Source: a virus. From it: a stretch of 64,000 bases of DNA. Positions 9,086-20,140 of this stretch are shown here, piece by piece. The position numbers were made by a program, and so were the translations under genes. How positions within the stretch are numbered: position 1 is the stretch's first letter; each line of letters starts with the position of its first letter. The DNA is taken from IMG/VR virus record IMGVR_UViG_3300027849_000009. The stretch is one strand, 5' to 3'. The notes below the pieces were generated by a model. That model ran no database searches and was not told the DNA's origin. It saw nothing but the letters and a program-made list of their open reading frames with translations.

Positions 9086-12000
9086 TGCACAACGTCTTTA
9101 CGGATAATAGAAGAAGACATCTTAATCTGCGCGAACCGCAGGTGCAGAGTGTTTTGCCTGAGCATTTTGCTGATGCTTATCCCAAGTTCATAAAACTTCT
9201 TGAAGAGTATTATGAGTGGCAAGGTGAGTATGAAGCGACCGAACTTCTCAATCATTTATTCGCATCTCGTGATATTAACGAGACTGACGTTACTCTACTC
9301 TCATTCATTGAAGATGAGTTACTTCTGGGCGAGAATTACTTCGAAGGTTTTGGACAATCAGAGGCAGAGAAACGTGCTGCCGCAAACTTCTCTAGCACAT
9401 TGTTTCGTGCCAAAGGATCTAAGTTTGCTATTGAGTGGTTCTTCAGATCGTTCTATGGTTTGGATGCCGAAGTTCTTTATCCCAAAGAAGACATATTCAA
9501 TGTATCAGATGGCGAGTCTCGTATTGGTCCTGACTATCTAAACTTCTTAACTGATGATAAACTGTATCAGACATATGCTCTGCTTATTCGTGTAGGTATT
9601 CCTATCTCACAATGGTCAGAAGTATTTAAGAAGTTTGTGCATCCTGCGGGAATGTATCTTGGCAGTGAAGTACTACTTGCTTCAGATAATATCAGTAACA
9701 TGAATTTACCCAATGATAGTGCAGTAGCAAGAACTTCTACGTCATTCACTCTCACAAATGATGGTCCTACTGATGAAGGACAAACAACTAACTTTAGAGT
9801 AGTCGCCAATAATGTGCCCGAGAAAACTGGTGTTGTATATGCCTATGTTACTCACGGTTCGACTACAGATGCAGATTTCCCTCTGAATGCATTTACCATA
9901 CCTGCTCACGGACCTCTCAATCGCTATCCTGCTATTAACAAGACAATACCTCTACTCACAGACAGTGGCGGTGCTACATTAATAAACATTAATAACGACA
10001 GCGCAACTTTCTCAATAAGAAGTTGGGTTGATAGTGATGGTGGTGCTAGTAGCGAAAACTACCTACTACATATTATGGATCATGAAGGTAGGGCATTAGA
10101 AAGTACAACTGTCACTATCAACAATGTTGAACCATCATACTCATTAGTTCCTAGTAGCGAGACACCTAATGAAGGTGATGTGATAACATATACAATCACA
10201 GGATCAAACACACCTTACGATGGTGAAACTTCTTTGTTTTACCATCTAGTTCATGGCGGCACAAACGATTCAGATTTTACAGTTCCTCCTCAACAAGTTG
10301 TCAATGATCAGACTGCCGCTTCAGAAATAACTTTATCTGGCGGCACAGGTTCGTTCTCACTTAAAACTATTATCGACGGCGCATCTGATGATGCCGAAGA
10401 ATTCACAGTTAATATTACTGATTCTAAGAAGTTACAAGTTGCAACCAGAACAGTTTCAGTACAGCAAGTCGCAACCTCTTTTGTAGTCAGTGCCGACAAT
10501 ATAGTTGAAGGTAATTCTCTCTTACTTACTGTTGTGGTAAATACGGCAGAGATTGGAGATTCACTGACATATGTTATCACTAATGGCGATGCTAGAATTG
10601 GACTTCTAACAGAAACCTTTACTGCTCCCTCTGAATCATTCGTTAAAGTTATACCCACTTCAGTGAGTAGTTTATATCAAGGAACTATTACACCTACTAT
10701 CAGTGTAACAAACAATGTAACTGGTATTACAGTGACAACGACCTTTCAATTGTCAGATGTGACTCCTGTATGGGACATGACCTCAGAACCAGAGTTCGCT
10801 GTTCAAGGTGACCAAATTACTTTCAAAGTTGACGGAACAAATCTTCCTGATCCTACTACTGTATGGTTCGAAATACTTCACGGCACAACTGCTAATGCGG
10901 ATTTCACAACAACACCTCCGCAGACAGGCACACGTTCATCGACTGCTATTAGTGATCCAGGTGATACTGTCTTTCAGATTACTGTTGATAGTGATGGTGA
11001 AGTTGCTGATGAATCATTCACTGCGCGTCTATATGACGCCGACGCTGGCGGTAATCTGTTAGCATCTATTCCTTACGTGATACAAGGTACTAACACTTCA
11101 TATGTTTTAACGCCTAGTGTCACTACAGTAAATGAAGGTGGTCAAGTTACATTCACCTTTACTACTAATCAACCAGACGGAACATACTATTGGTATATAC
11201 CGACATATTCTGGGTATACAATACAAGTCGAAGACTTTAAGTTTCCGAACGGTGGTTTCGGTAATGGTTATCCTATAGGCACAAATGATAATAGATATTC
11301 GTTTGTTGTAACTGGCGGTACTGGTACAATTCTTGTTGAATTGCTTAATGATACGCTTACCGAGGGCGCAGAATCATTCAATTGTTTAGTATCAACATCT
11401 GCTAATGCAAGCGTACCTCCTATTGCGTCTAGTGCAAATGTTACAGTAAATGATACGTCCATAACAATCTATTCTGTTACTTCTAACAATCCTGTTGAAG
11501 GCAGCACTCTGGATATAGTGGTTACTGCGACAAACCAAACTAATCCAAACAGCGAGACACTGTATATCGAGGTTACTGGATCCCCAGTAGTTGGTAGAAT
11601 ACCTACGCAACAATTTGCATCAACTAGTAGTTCGTATATTCGAAATATATTTGTGAGTACAACTTCTAGTACTACATATCAAGGTACTTCTGTCGGTGGA
11701 GTTTCTGTTTCACGTGGTAACTATGCATCTTTAGGCGGAACATTAATAGATTCTGTAACATTCCAACTAGTGGATCAAGCGCCAGCAATGACGTTGACTC
11801 CTAATGCCACGACTGGTACTGAAGGCGACACAGTAACATATACTGTTGGTGGAACTAACATTCAGAACGGTACTTACTACTGGTACGATCCTGCAATAGT
11901 TAAAACACTTGACTGTCCCAATGGTCGAAGTTCTGGCACGTCACAGATCGATCACCAAGGTCCTTCAAATCTTGGTTTAGATTTAGAAGTAGGAATGTCA

Positions 12001-12966
12001 ACTGATGATGCTGACATACCAGGCACAATAACTAGTGTAATTAATACCGGTTCTACTACTGGTTATATAACTATGTCAGAACCGACAACTAGAGCAACAG
12101 TTACAGGTGAACATATAAAGTTTGCTTTCCCTGCGGACTGGGCAGATGCAACCGAACTCTATGGTACTGTAGCAGTATCAAGCAACGCGGGCACTTTCGA
12201 GTTAGACACTCTTGTGAATTCTGATTTCAATGATGACGTATATTCTATGAGAGTCTTTGATAATTTATTCTCATATAATACATATCTTGGCGCCAATCTC
12301 GGACTTGCTACTGCCGCAACTGTTACTATTGCAGACACTAATCCGGCATCTGTGAATTTACAATATAATACTGGCAACTCTCTCTCAGCAAGTTTCTTTA
12401 ATGTTTTTGGAAATGCGCAAGTTACAACTCTAATGACTGAGTACAATGATACCGGTCAAGGAATCGTGTGGAAGAATTTTACTCCGCATTACGCTTCAAG
12501 CAGTCCCACTGAGGATTTCGGTAATCCGGCGTATGATAATAACTGGATTCTTCCTGTCGAAGCAAGGCAAGATTATATTGGTTCGAATTACCAGATGAAT
12601 GTTAGATTTTATAACGATTCACAAAGAACTATTGCTACAGTACCTGATCAATCAACTGGTGGTGGTTCGGGTTATTCATACGTAAATGGCCAGCGTTTTG
12701 TGGACGGTGTAGAAGTTGATACCTGGGACAATTCAGCAACTCAATGGTGGGTGGTTGGGTCGACTACAGAAAGTGGCACACATTATTTTCGACATATAGC
12801 ACAAACAACGCCTACCGGCGGTAGCGCCAATGTTAGTAATTTCAGATGGGTAACAGTAACCATTAAAGAATTTAGTGGGACTTTAGGTACAGGTACAACT
12901 CTTTTGACATATAACTATCAATCGTATGTCAGTGCCGTCACAGAAACCTGGCAGGGTGGATTTTAA
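9085..12966 (+). CDS. Baseplate wedge (gp7-like) N-terminal domain fused to tandem Ig/Calx-beta-like repeats
   Basis: LPEHF..YPKFIKLLEEYYEW, KGSKFAIEWFFRSFYG, VHPAGM; then repeats such as NEGGQVTFT and DTLTEGAESF. Confidence 0.65.
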   Translation: MHNVFTDNRRRHLNLREPQVQSVLPEHFADAYPKFIKLLEEYYEWQGEYEATELLNHLFASRDINETDVTLLSFIEDELLLGENYFEGFGQSEAEKRAAANFSSTLFRAKGSKFAIEWFFRSFYGLDAEVLYPKEDIFNVSDGESRIGPDYLNFLTDDKLYQTYALLIRVGIPISQWSEVFKKFVHPAGMYLGSEVLLASDNISNMNLPNDSAVARTSTSFTLTNDGPTDEGQTTNFRVVANNVPEKTGVVYAYVTHGSTTDADFPLNAFTIPAHGPLNRYPAINKTIPLLTDSGGATLININNDSATFSIRSWVDSDGGASSENYLLHIMDHEGRALESTTVTINNVEPSYSLVPSSETPNEGDVITYTITGSNTPYDGETSLFYHLVHGGTNDSDFTVPPQQVVNDQTAASEITLSGGTGSFSLKTIIDGASDDAEEFTVNITDSKKLQVATRTVSVQQVATSFVVSADNIVEGNSLLLTVVVNTAEIGDSLTYVITNGDARIGLLTETFTAPSESFVKVIPTSVSSLYQGTITPTISVTNNVTGITVTTTFQLSDVTPVWDMTSEPEFAVQGDQITFKVDGTNLPDPTTVWFEILHGTTANADFTTTPPQTGTRSSTAISDPGDTVFQITVDSDGEVADESFTARLYDADAGGNLLASIPYVIQGTNTSYVLTPSVTTVNEGGQVTFTFTTNQPDGTYYWYIPTYSGYTIQVEDFKFPNGGFGNGYPIGTNDNRYSFVVTGGTGTILVELLNDTLTEGAESFNCLVSTSANASVPPIASSANVTVNDTSITIYSVTSNNPVEGSTLDIVVTATNQTNPNSETLYIEVTGSPVVGRIPTQQFASTSSSYIRNIFVSTTSSTTYQGTSVGGVSVSRGNYASLGGTLIDSVTFQLVDQAPAMTLTPNATTGTEGDTVTYTVGGTNIQNGTYYWYDPAIVKTLDCPNGRSSGTSQIDHQGPSNLGLDLEVGMSTDDADIPGTITSVINTGSTTGYITMSEPTTRATVTGEHIKFAFPADWADATELYGTVAVSSNAGTFELDTLVNSDFNDDVYSMRVFDNLFSYNTYLGANLGLATAATVTIADTNPASVNLQYNTGNSLSASFFNVFGNAQVTTLMTEYNDTGQGIVWKNFTPHYASSSPTEDFGNPAYDNNWILPVEARQDYIGSNYQMNVRFYNDSQRTIATVPDQSTGGGSGYSYVNGQRFVDGVEVDTWDNSATQWWVVGSTTESGTHYFRHIAQTTPTGGSANVSNFRWVTVTIKEFSGTLGTGTTLLTYNYQSYVSAVTETWQGGF

Positions 12967-12968
12967 TA

Positions 12969-13889
12969 ATGCATAACATAGATGCAAATGATTTAGTATA
13001 TGAGCAAGATGAATTGGATCCTAGGGTTTGGTTTTGTAATTTTCTTGATCCTGACGGAAATCTTGATAAGAGCGGAAATGTTTGTGTTAAGTATAGAGTC
13101 CCTGTAGTTTTTAATAATGATGGTACTATTAATTACGCCGAGTCGTATACCGCTATTAATACTTTACATAAACACGAATCGTGGGAATTTTATAGAACAT
13201 TAATTCCTAGCAGTGACAACCCTGCCGCTAACGTGTATGTTAATGGTCAAATAAAAAGAGTAGATCGTTTAATTGGTGAAACAGAAGGTCAAGAACTTGT
13301 TGATATTGTCGAGTCTCGTTTTCCCGCGTATGATCTTGAAACGTGTAATTTGAATGTGGTAGGCAGTTACGGTCCGTATAGACCACCATATACTGCGGCA
13401 TCGTCAATAAGTTTCTATGATATGGAGATGTTCACTGATCCAGCAACGGATTTTGCTAATGTTAATCAATACGTACATAGACGACCTCCACATTCAAAAT
13501 ACAATGTAGACTTAAACGTATATACAATGTTGATGCCTTGGTTCGGTTATAAGTTTAACCTTGATGATGACACTGTGTCAATGAAGATTGTTCACCGAAA
13601 TAGAATACCTTCAGTCACCTATCCTCCTGTGCCTGAAGGTGAGTTAAAAAATATATACTATGCTAGAATACACAACGAAGATGGCACTATAGATAACATG
13701 AACGATGTGTTTTTTGATGTATATTGGGATGATGTGCAGAGATATTGTACAGAGCATGATTTAGATTATCCGATACCAGAAGGTGTTGATGCTACTCATG
13801 TTCTTGTTTGGGGTATTGTGTTTAATGGTACTACCGGTGTACCGGTGATGGTAAAAGGATATGAAAGCAGAGATGTCGTTCCAACTTGA
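12969..13889 (+). CDS. Hypothetical protein
   Basis: 306-aa ORF coupled to the upstream structural gene; no motif recognised. Confidence 0.6.
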   Translation: MHNIDANDLVYEQDELDPRVWFCNFLDPDGNLDKSGNVCVKYRVPVVFNNDGTINYAESYTAINTLHKHESWEFYRTLIPSSDNPAANVYVNGQIKRVDRLIGETEGQELVDIVESRFPAYDLETCNLNVVGSYGPYRPPYTAASSISFYDMEMFTDPATDFANVNQYVHRRPPHSKYNVDLNVYTMLMPWFGYKFNLDDDTVSMKIVHRNRIPSVTYPPVPEGELKNIYYARIHNEDGTIDNMNDVFFDVYWDDVQRYCTEHDLDYPIPEGVDATHVLVWGIVFNGTTGVPVMVKGYESRDVVPT

Positions 13890-14088
13890 TACAACTGAAA
13901 TAGATAAGAAATTCTGGGATAAAACAAACGAAGAGTTGAGTATTGCCAAGCAAAGATATGTTGATGTTCGTATTGAACAACTTGCCGAAGAGCGAGATAA
14001 GAATACTGATACATATGACATAGCGTGGTATAATCGACTCATCGAAGAATTGACTTGGGCACAACAAATGTCTGAGCGAAAGAGATAG
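13861..14088 (+). CDS. Hypothetical protein (start may be 13873)
   Basis: Short helical ORF directly before the small terminase. Confidence 0.55.
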   Translation: MKAEMSFQLDTTEIDKKFWDKTNEELSIAKQRYVDVRIEQLAEERDKNTDTYDIAWYNRLIEELTWAQQMSERKR

Positions 14089-14091
14089 TAT

Positions 14092-14457
14092 ATGGCAGAA
14101 CATGATAACATTGATGCGGACTACAACACCTCTCGTGACACATACAACGATCTGATTGACAAGGGACGCGAGTCTTTAGAGTTGATGATTGAAGTTGCTC
14201 GTGAGAGTGAACATCCTCGGGCATTCGAAGTTCTTTCTGGCATGATTAAAAACATATCTGATGTCAATGATAAGTTGATGGACTTGAATAAGAAGTACAA
14301 AGAAGTTACCGCAACTACTAAACCCGCTTTAGACGCGCCTAGTACTGTTACTAATAATAATGTATTCATTGGCAGTACAACAGACTTACAGCGAATGCTG
14401 ATTAAGAATGCCGAAGAGCAAAAGGTAATTGATGTCGTTCCAGACGAATCTCAATAG
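14092..14457 (+). CDS. gp16: Terminase small subunit gp16
   Basis: ESEHPRAFEV, NNNVFIGSTTDLQ. Confidence 0.93.
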   Translation: MAEHDNIDADYNTSRDTYNDLIDKGRESLELMIEVARESEHPRAFEVLSGMIKNISDVNDKLMDLNKKYKEVTATTKPALDAPSTVTNNNVFIGSTTDLQRMLIKNAEEQKVIDVVPDESQ

Positions 14458-16054
14458 CGGCACATCCTATCTCGGTAATCCTAATGTAAAACGTGACGGC
14501 GTATTACAGCAATGGACTGAGTGGGAAGTCATGGAGTACGCGAAGTGCAGTAATGATCCTGCCTACTTTGCTCGTACTTACATTAAGATTATATCATTGG
14601 ATGAAGGTCTTGTAAACTTTAATCTATATGATTATCAAGAAAATATGTTTGACCACTTCGACTCACACAGATTCACTATCGTGCTTGCCTGTAGACAGTC
14701 AGGTAAATCTATATCATCTGTTGTATATCTTTTGTGGTATGCACTCTTTCATCCAGAGAAAACGATTGCTGTTCTAGCGAACAAAGGAGCAACCTCTCGT
14801 GAAATGCTACAACGTATTACACTTGCTCTTGAAAACCTACCGTTCTTTCTGCAACCAGGTTGTAAAGCACTCAACAAAGGTTCTATTGAATTTTCTAATA
14901 ATAGTCGAATTATTGCCGCTGCTACTAGTGGGTCTTCTATTCGGGGTATGTCTGTTAATCTGTTGTTTCTCGATGAGTTTGCTTTCGTTGAACGCGCTTC
15001 TGAGTTCTATACTTCAACGTATCCAGTTGTCTCTGCGGGTAAAGATACAAAAGTTATCATCACCTCAACTGCCAACGGAATAGGTAATACATATCACAAG
15101 ATATGGCAGGGAGCAACACAGGGCGTTAATGAATATAAACCATTCACTGTAAACTGGTGGGATGTACCTGGACGAGACGAAGAGTGGAAGCGACAGACTA
15201 TCGCGAACACTTCGCAGTTGCAGTTCGATCAAGAATTTGGTAACACCTTCTTCGGAACAGGTGATACGCTGATTAATGCTGGTTGTCTATTAGACTTGAG
15301 AGCAATTAATCCTATACAGATACTAGAAGGCGGTGATTGCCTCGTATATAAAGAACCTGTAAAAAGTCACGAATATATCATGACTTGTGATGTAAGTAAG
15401 GGAAGAGGACAGGATTATTCTACATTTACTTTAATCGATATTACTACAAGACCTTTTCAACAGGTATGTGTATATCGCAACAACAATATCTCTCCATTAC
15501 TCTTCCCTGACATTATATATAAATATGCGAAAGTCTACAATGAAGCGTATGTTATAGTCGAGTCAAACGATCAAGGCACTGTAGTGTGTCAAGGTCTGTA
15601 TCACGACTTAGAGTATGAGAATGTCCATGTCGAATCTGCTACTAAAGCAAATCGAATTGGTGTTGAAATAACCCGTAAGTCGAAGCGACTAGGTTGTTCT
15701 GCTATCAAAGATATTCTTGAAGAGAATAAGTTAGAAATCGTCGATGAGAATACTATCTTTGAGATGTCCACGTTTACAGCACAGGGACAATCTTATGAAG
15801 CATCAGATGGTAATCACGATGACTTGATGATGAATCTAGTGATGTTTGGTTACTTTGTATCCACACAGTTCTTCGCAGACATGACAGATATTAATTTAAA
15901 GCAGATGATGTTCGAGAATCAAGTAAGACAGATCGAAGATGATATCGTGCCCTTTGGTTTTATTGACAACGGCGACGATGAAATAAACAGAATAGAACAA
16001 GTAGAGAATGATAAGCACCAGCAATGGGCAACATGGGGTAACGATGATTATTGA
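14429..16054 (+). CDS. gp17: Terminase large subunit gp17
   Basis: YLGNPNVKR, Walker A RQSGKS, Walker B LLFLDEFAF, nuclease DVSKG and HDDLMM. Confidence 0.97.
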   Translation: MMSFQTNLNSGTSYLGNPNVKRDGVLQQWTEWEVMEYAKCSNDPAYFARTYIKIISLDEGLVNFNLYDYQENMFDHFDSHRFTIVLACRQSGKSISSVVYLLWYALFHPEKTIAVLANKGATSREMLQRITLALENLPFFLQPGCKALNKGSIEFSNNSRIIAAATSGSSIRGMSVNLLFLDEFAFVERASEFYTSTYPVVSAGKDTKVIITSTANGIGNTYHKIWQGATQGVNEYKPFTVNWWDVPGRDEEWKRQTIANTSQLQFDQEFGNTFFGTGDTLINAGCLLDLRAINPIQILEGGDCLVYKEPVKSHEYIMTCDVSKGRGQDYSTFTLIDITTRPFQQVCVYRNNNISPLLFPDIIYKYAKVYNEAYVIVESNDQGTVVCQGLYHDLEYENVHVESATKANRIGVEITRKSKRLGCSAIKDILEENKLEIVDENTIFEMSTFTAQGQSYEASDGNHDDLMMNLVMFGYFVSTQFFADMTDINLKQMMFENQVRQIEDDIVPFGFIDNGDDEINRIEQVENDKHQQWATWGNDDY

Positions 16055-16067
16055 AAATAGTGGTATG

Positions 16068-16075
16068 TATAAATA
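16068..16075 (+). promoter_or_regulatory. T4-type late promoter
   Basis: TATAAATA upstream of the sheath gene. Confidence 0.85.
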
Positions 16076-16140
16076 AAACATTGATATCTAATCGTATTAT
16101 GAAAATCTTATCATATGTTTAACTAATAAAGGACAAGACC

Positions 16141-17892
16141 ATGGCATTTATTCCATCAGAGTCTCCCAACATTACAGTAAAAGAGTTTGACTTGTCAGGT
16201 GTTGTACCTGCTGTCACCACTTCTACTGGCGCAATTGTTGGTGACTTTAACTGGGGACCTATAGGCGTACCAACGAAGATTTCGAATGAATCTCAATTGG
16301 TGGGTACTTTCGGATCTCCAACATTAACAAACGAAGGTTCCGCAGTCGATTACTTGACCGCCGGCGCATTCTTAAAATATTCTAGCGATCTCTTTGTTGT
16401 ACGTGACGCAACTGTTGCGGCACTTAACTCATACGATAGTGACGGCGCCGCTGCCGCATCTATTGTTAAAAACGACGATGATTTCCTAACTAAAAAATCA
16501 GGTCTTGCTACTAGTGGACATACGTTCATCGGCAAACACGCTGGTATTCTGGGTAGCGACATTGACATTCAAATTGTTGGTGAAGATTCCGCAGTATTTG
16601 GTGCTTGGACATATGCTCCTAACTTCGATGAGAAACCAGGTACTTCTGCTCATGTCGCGGCACGATCCGCTAGTGCCGCCGCTGCTAATGACGAAATTCA
16701 TATTGCAGTTATTGATCGTACTGGTATATTCTCTGGTGTTCCAGGAACTCTTCTCGAAGCGTTTCCATTCGTATCTTTAGCAACTGACGCAAGAACACCC
16801 GAAGGTGCATCTAACTATGCAGTCGATGTGGTCAATGCTGGTTCTGAGTATGTACGATGTGCTTCACTTCCTGACGAAGTAGGAACTCCTACAACTTCAA
16901 TCGCACATACTACATCTGCTAACGGTTCTCAACTTATCACTGCTGTTGATACAACAGTACTTAAAGGTGGTACAAACAGCGGAACATTCACTACTGCCGA
17001 GTATACTGGTGTAGAGAAAGGATTCAGTCTGTTCGAAGATGTTGATACCATTCAAGTCGATTTCTTAATTGCTCCTGGACTTGCCACTTCTGCTGATCAA
17101 GTAACAGTCGTAAATGCTCTAACAGGTATTGCTGCCGCACGTAAAGATTGTGTTGTTGTATCATCTCCTGCACGTACTGATGTTGTCGGTGTAGCACCTA
17201 GTTCTATAGTAACAAAGTCTATCGTTACTACTAACTTGTTTAACGCATCATCTTACTTGATTGTTGATAACAACTATCTTAAAGTCTATGACAAGTACAA
17301 CGACCAATATGTTTATATCCCTGCGGCATCTTCAACTGCTGGTGTAATGGCAGCGACAGATGATGTTGCGGCACCTTGGTTCTCTCCTGCAGGCAGTCGC
17401 CGTGGTCAATACTACGGTGTAACTAATCTTGCATACTCAGCAACTAAAGCACAGCGTGATACTCTGTACAAAGCAGGCGTTAACCCAATTGTTAATCTGC
17501 CAGGACAAGGTATTCTTCTGTATGGCGATAAGACTAAACTAGGTCGTCCATCTGCATTTGATCGTATCAACGTCCGTCGTCTGTTCTTAGGCGTAGAACG
17601 TGCAATCAAAGCGGCAGCACAGAACGTAATGTTTGAATTCAATGATGAGTTCACTCGTGCTGAGTTCGTAAACATAATCGAACCTTTCTTGAGAGAGATT
17701 AAGGGTCGTAGAGGTATTACTGATTTTAGAGTTGTATGTGATGAAACAAACAACACTGCCGCAGTAATTGACAATAATCAATTTATCGCTTCTGTCTTTA
17801 TCAAACCAGCACGATCTATCAACTACGTATCTTTGAACTTCGTAGCAGTTAGAACCGGTGTTGATTTCGATGAAGTAGTCGGTCTGGTATAA
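16141..17892 (+). CDS. gp18: Tail sheath gp18
   Basis: SPNITVKEFDLS, FNWGP, PWFSPAG, FDRINVRRLF, FIKPARSINY. Confidence 0.97.
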   Translation: MAFIPSESPNITVKEFDLSGVVPAVTTSTGAIVGDFNWGPIGVPTKISNESQLVGTFGSPTLTNEGSAVDYLTAGAFLKYSSDLFVVRDATVAALNSYDSDGAAAASIVKNDDDFLTKKSGLATSGHTFIGKHAGILGSDIDIQIVGEDSAVFGAWTYAPNFDEKPGTSAHVAARSASAAAANDEIHIAVIDRTGIFSGVPGTLLEAFPFVSLATDARTPEGASNYAVDVVNAGSEYVRCASLPDEVGTPTTSIAHTTSANGSQLITAVDTTVLKGGTNSGTFTTAEYTGVEKGFSLFEDVDTIQVDFLIAPGLATSADQVTVVNALTGIAAARKDCVVVSSPARTDVVGVAPSSIVTKSIVTTNLFNASSYLIVDNNYLKVYDKYNDQYVYIPAASSTAGVMAATDDVAAPWFSPAGSRRGQYYGVTNLAYSATKAQRDTLYKAGVNPIVNLPGQGILLYGDKTKLGRPSAFDRINVRRLFLGVERAIKAAAQNVMFEFNDEFTRAEFVNIIEPFLREIKGRRGITDFRVVCDETNNTAAVIDNNQFIASVFIKPARSINYVSLNFVAVRTGVDFDEVVGLV

Positions 17893-17905
17893 GGGAGAAT
17901 AGACA

Positions 17906-18433
17906 ATGGCAATTTTAGGCGTAGATGATTTTAAATCGAAACTCAGAGGTGGCGGTGCTCGTCCCAATCTGTTTAAGACAACCCTTAACTTTCCGGCATA
18001 TGCTGGAGGTGACGTAGAACTTACGTCATTCCTTTGTAAGGCAGCACAGTTACCACAATCAAGCATGGCACCTCTTTTGGTACCATTCCGTGGTCGTGAG
18101 ATGAAGATTGCTGGTGATCGTACATTCGAAGATTGGACAGTAACCATTATTAACGATACTGATTTCGATGTTCGTGATGCTTTCGAGCGTTGGATGAACG
18201 GTATCAATGCACACCAATCCAACACTGGTCTAGTTAATCCTGTTGATTATCAAGCAGACTTAATTGTTGATCAATTGGATCGTAACTCTGACGTATTAAA
18301 GCGTTATCAGTTCAGAGGCGCTTTCCCAACACTTGTAGGACCAATTCAGTTGAGTTATGATACTCGCGACGAAGTTGAAACCTTTGATGTGACGTTCTCA
18401 TATCAGTATTGGGAATCAAATACTACTAGTTAA
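17906..18433 (+). CDS. gp19: Tail tube gp19
   Basis: GGARPNLF, GDRTFEDWTVTIIND. Confidence 0.96.
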   Translation: MAILGVDDFKSKLRGGGARPNLFKTTLNFPAYAGGDVELTSFLCKAAQLPQSSMAPLLVPFRGREMKIAGDRTFEDWTVTIINDTDFDVRDAFERWMNGINAHQSNTGLVNPVDYQADLIVDQLDRNSDVLKRYQFRGAFPTLVGPIQLSYDTRDEVETFDVTFSYQYWESNTTS

Positions 18434-18450
18434 GACCGTACTAAATAATA

Positions 18451-18470
18451 GGGAGTGCTTCGGTGCTCCC
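18451..18470 (+). terminator. C(UUCG)G hairpin after gp19
   Basis: GGGAGTGC-TTCG-GTGCTCCC; weak U-tail, so may instead be a 5' stabiliser of the portal transcript (CTAAATA at 18441). Confidence 0.6.
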
Positions 18471-18495
18471 TCATTATTATTTACTAGGAAAGAAT

Positions 18496-20121
18496 ATGGC
18501 AGACCAAGACAACAACAACGCATTAAAACTCTTTGGGTTTGAAATCAAAAGAGCAGGCAAAGCAAATTCTAATAAAGAGAAGTTGCCCTCTGTCGTGCCT
18601 CCAACAGACAATGACGGTGCAGGTTATGTAACTGCTACTGCTGGACACTTTGGTCAGTACGTAAACATGGACGGCGACCAGTCTAAAGACAACGCCCAGT
18701 TGATCATGCGTTATCGTGGTGTTTCAATGCATCCCGAAGTTGATATGGCAATTGAAGAAATTGTAAACGAAGGTATTTCATCATCAGAAAACTCATCATC
18801 GGTTGAGATTGCACTAGATGATATTGAAGCACCTGACAAAATTAAAGACCAGGTTCGCGAGGAGTTTGACTCCATCATTGCGATGCTCAAGTTCAACGAA
18901 TTGGGTCACGATATATTCAGATCGTTTTACGTAGACGGTAGACTGTACTATCATTTGCTTGTTAATGAAAGCAACATGAAAGCGGGCATCCAAGAGATAC
19001 GTAACATCGATAGCGCAAAAGTGCGTAAAGTTAAAGAAATCAAGTACAAGAAAGACCCAAAAACTGGTGTTAAACTCGTTGATACTATTGATGAGTACTT
19101 TGTATACGAAGACAAACCAGGCAATCAGAACAGTGGTGTTAAACTAGCAACTGATTCTATTGCATATGTCACATCAGGTTTACTTGACGAATCTAAAAAG
19201 AAGGTAGTATCTTATCTTCACAAAGCATTAAAACCAATCAACCAATTGCGTATGATGGAGGATAGTCTTGTAATCTATCGTCTTGCTCGTGCGCCAGAAC
19301 GTCGAATCTTTTATATCGATGTTGGTAACTTGCCACGTGGTAAGTCAGAACAGTACATGAAAGACATTATGACACAGTATCGTAACAAGTTAGTATATGA
19401 TGCTGATACTGGTCAGATGAAAGATGACCGAAAGCATATGTCTATGCTCGAAGATTTCTGGTTACCTCGTCGTGAAGGCGGTCGTGGTACTGAGATTAGT
19501 ACACTGCCTGGCGGTGAGAATCTTGGACAGATTGACGATGTTATCTACTTTCAGAAGCGTCTGTATCGTTCACTGAATGTACCTGTCAGTCGATTAGAGC
19601 AAGAGGCACAGTTCTCGCTAGGTCGTAGTACTGAGATTTCACGAGACGAAGTTAAGTTCCAAAAGTTCATTGATCGCTTGAGACGTAGATTCTCTGGACT
19701 GTTCATGAACATCCTACGCAAGCAGTTATTGATCAAAGGTATCATTACTGAGCAAGATTGGGAAGAGTGGAAAGATGACATCTATGTAGATTTCATGAAG
19801 GACAACCACTTCACCGAACTTAAAGAGATGGAGATTCTTCGAGAGCGTGTTGGTCTAATGAATGAAGTAACACAGTACGTTGGTGAATACTTCTCTAAAG
19901 ATTGGGTCATGCGTAATGTTCTTCAGTTAAGCGAAGACGATATGAAAGACATGAAGAAGGACATTGCTAAAGAAATCTCTGACGATGAGATTGTAGACAG
20001 GAGTCCTGGTGCTGAAGATGAGAAAGAAGAACCAGCACCTAAAGCACCTGCTCCTACTGCACCAGTTGCCGCACCTAAAGCGCCAGTTAAGAAAGACATA
20101 GATACAGCACAAGAAAAGTAA
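18496..20121 (+). CDS. gp20: Portal protein gp20
   Basis: YRLARAPERRIFYIDVGNLP, EDFWLPRREGGRGTEI; ATG 18496 has an RBS. Confidence 0.97.
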   Translation: MADQDNNNALKLFGFEIKRAGKANSNKEKLPSVVPPTDNDGAGYVTATAGHFGQYVNMDGDQSKDNAQLIMRYRGVSMHPEVDMAIEEIVNEGISSSENSSSVEIALDDIEAPDKIKDQVREEFDSIIAMLKFNELGHDIFRSFYVDGRLYYHLLVNESNMKAGIQEIRNIDSAKVRKVKEIKYKKDPKTGVKLVDTIDEYFVYEDKPGNQNSGVKLATDSIAYVTSGLLDESKKKVVSYLHKALKPINQLRMMEDSLVIYRLARAPERRIFYIDVGNLPRGKSEQYMKDIMTQYRNKLVYDADTGQMKDDRKHMSMLEDFWLPRREGGRGTEISTLPGGENLGQIDDVIYFQKRLYRSLNVPVSRLEQEAQFSLGRSTEISRDEVKFQKFIDRLRRRFSGLFMNILRKQLLIKGIITEQDWEEWKDDIYVDFMKDNHFTELKEMEILRERVGLMNEVTQYVGEYFSKDWVMRNVLQLSEDDMKDMKKDIAKEISDDEIVDRSPGAEDEKEEPAPKAPAPTAPVAAPKAPVKKDIDTAQEK

Positions 20122-20140
20122 ACGATAAACTTTGGAGAAT

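Noticed and set aside
20020-20100. Pro/Ala/Lys-rich repeat at the portal C-terminus
   Set aside because: Low-complexity disordered tail, common in gp20 homologues.
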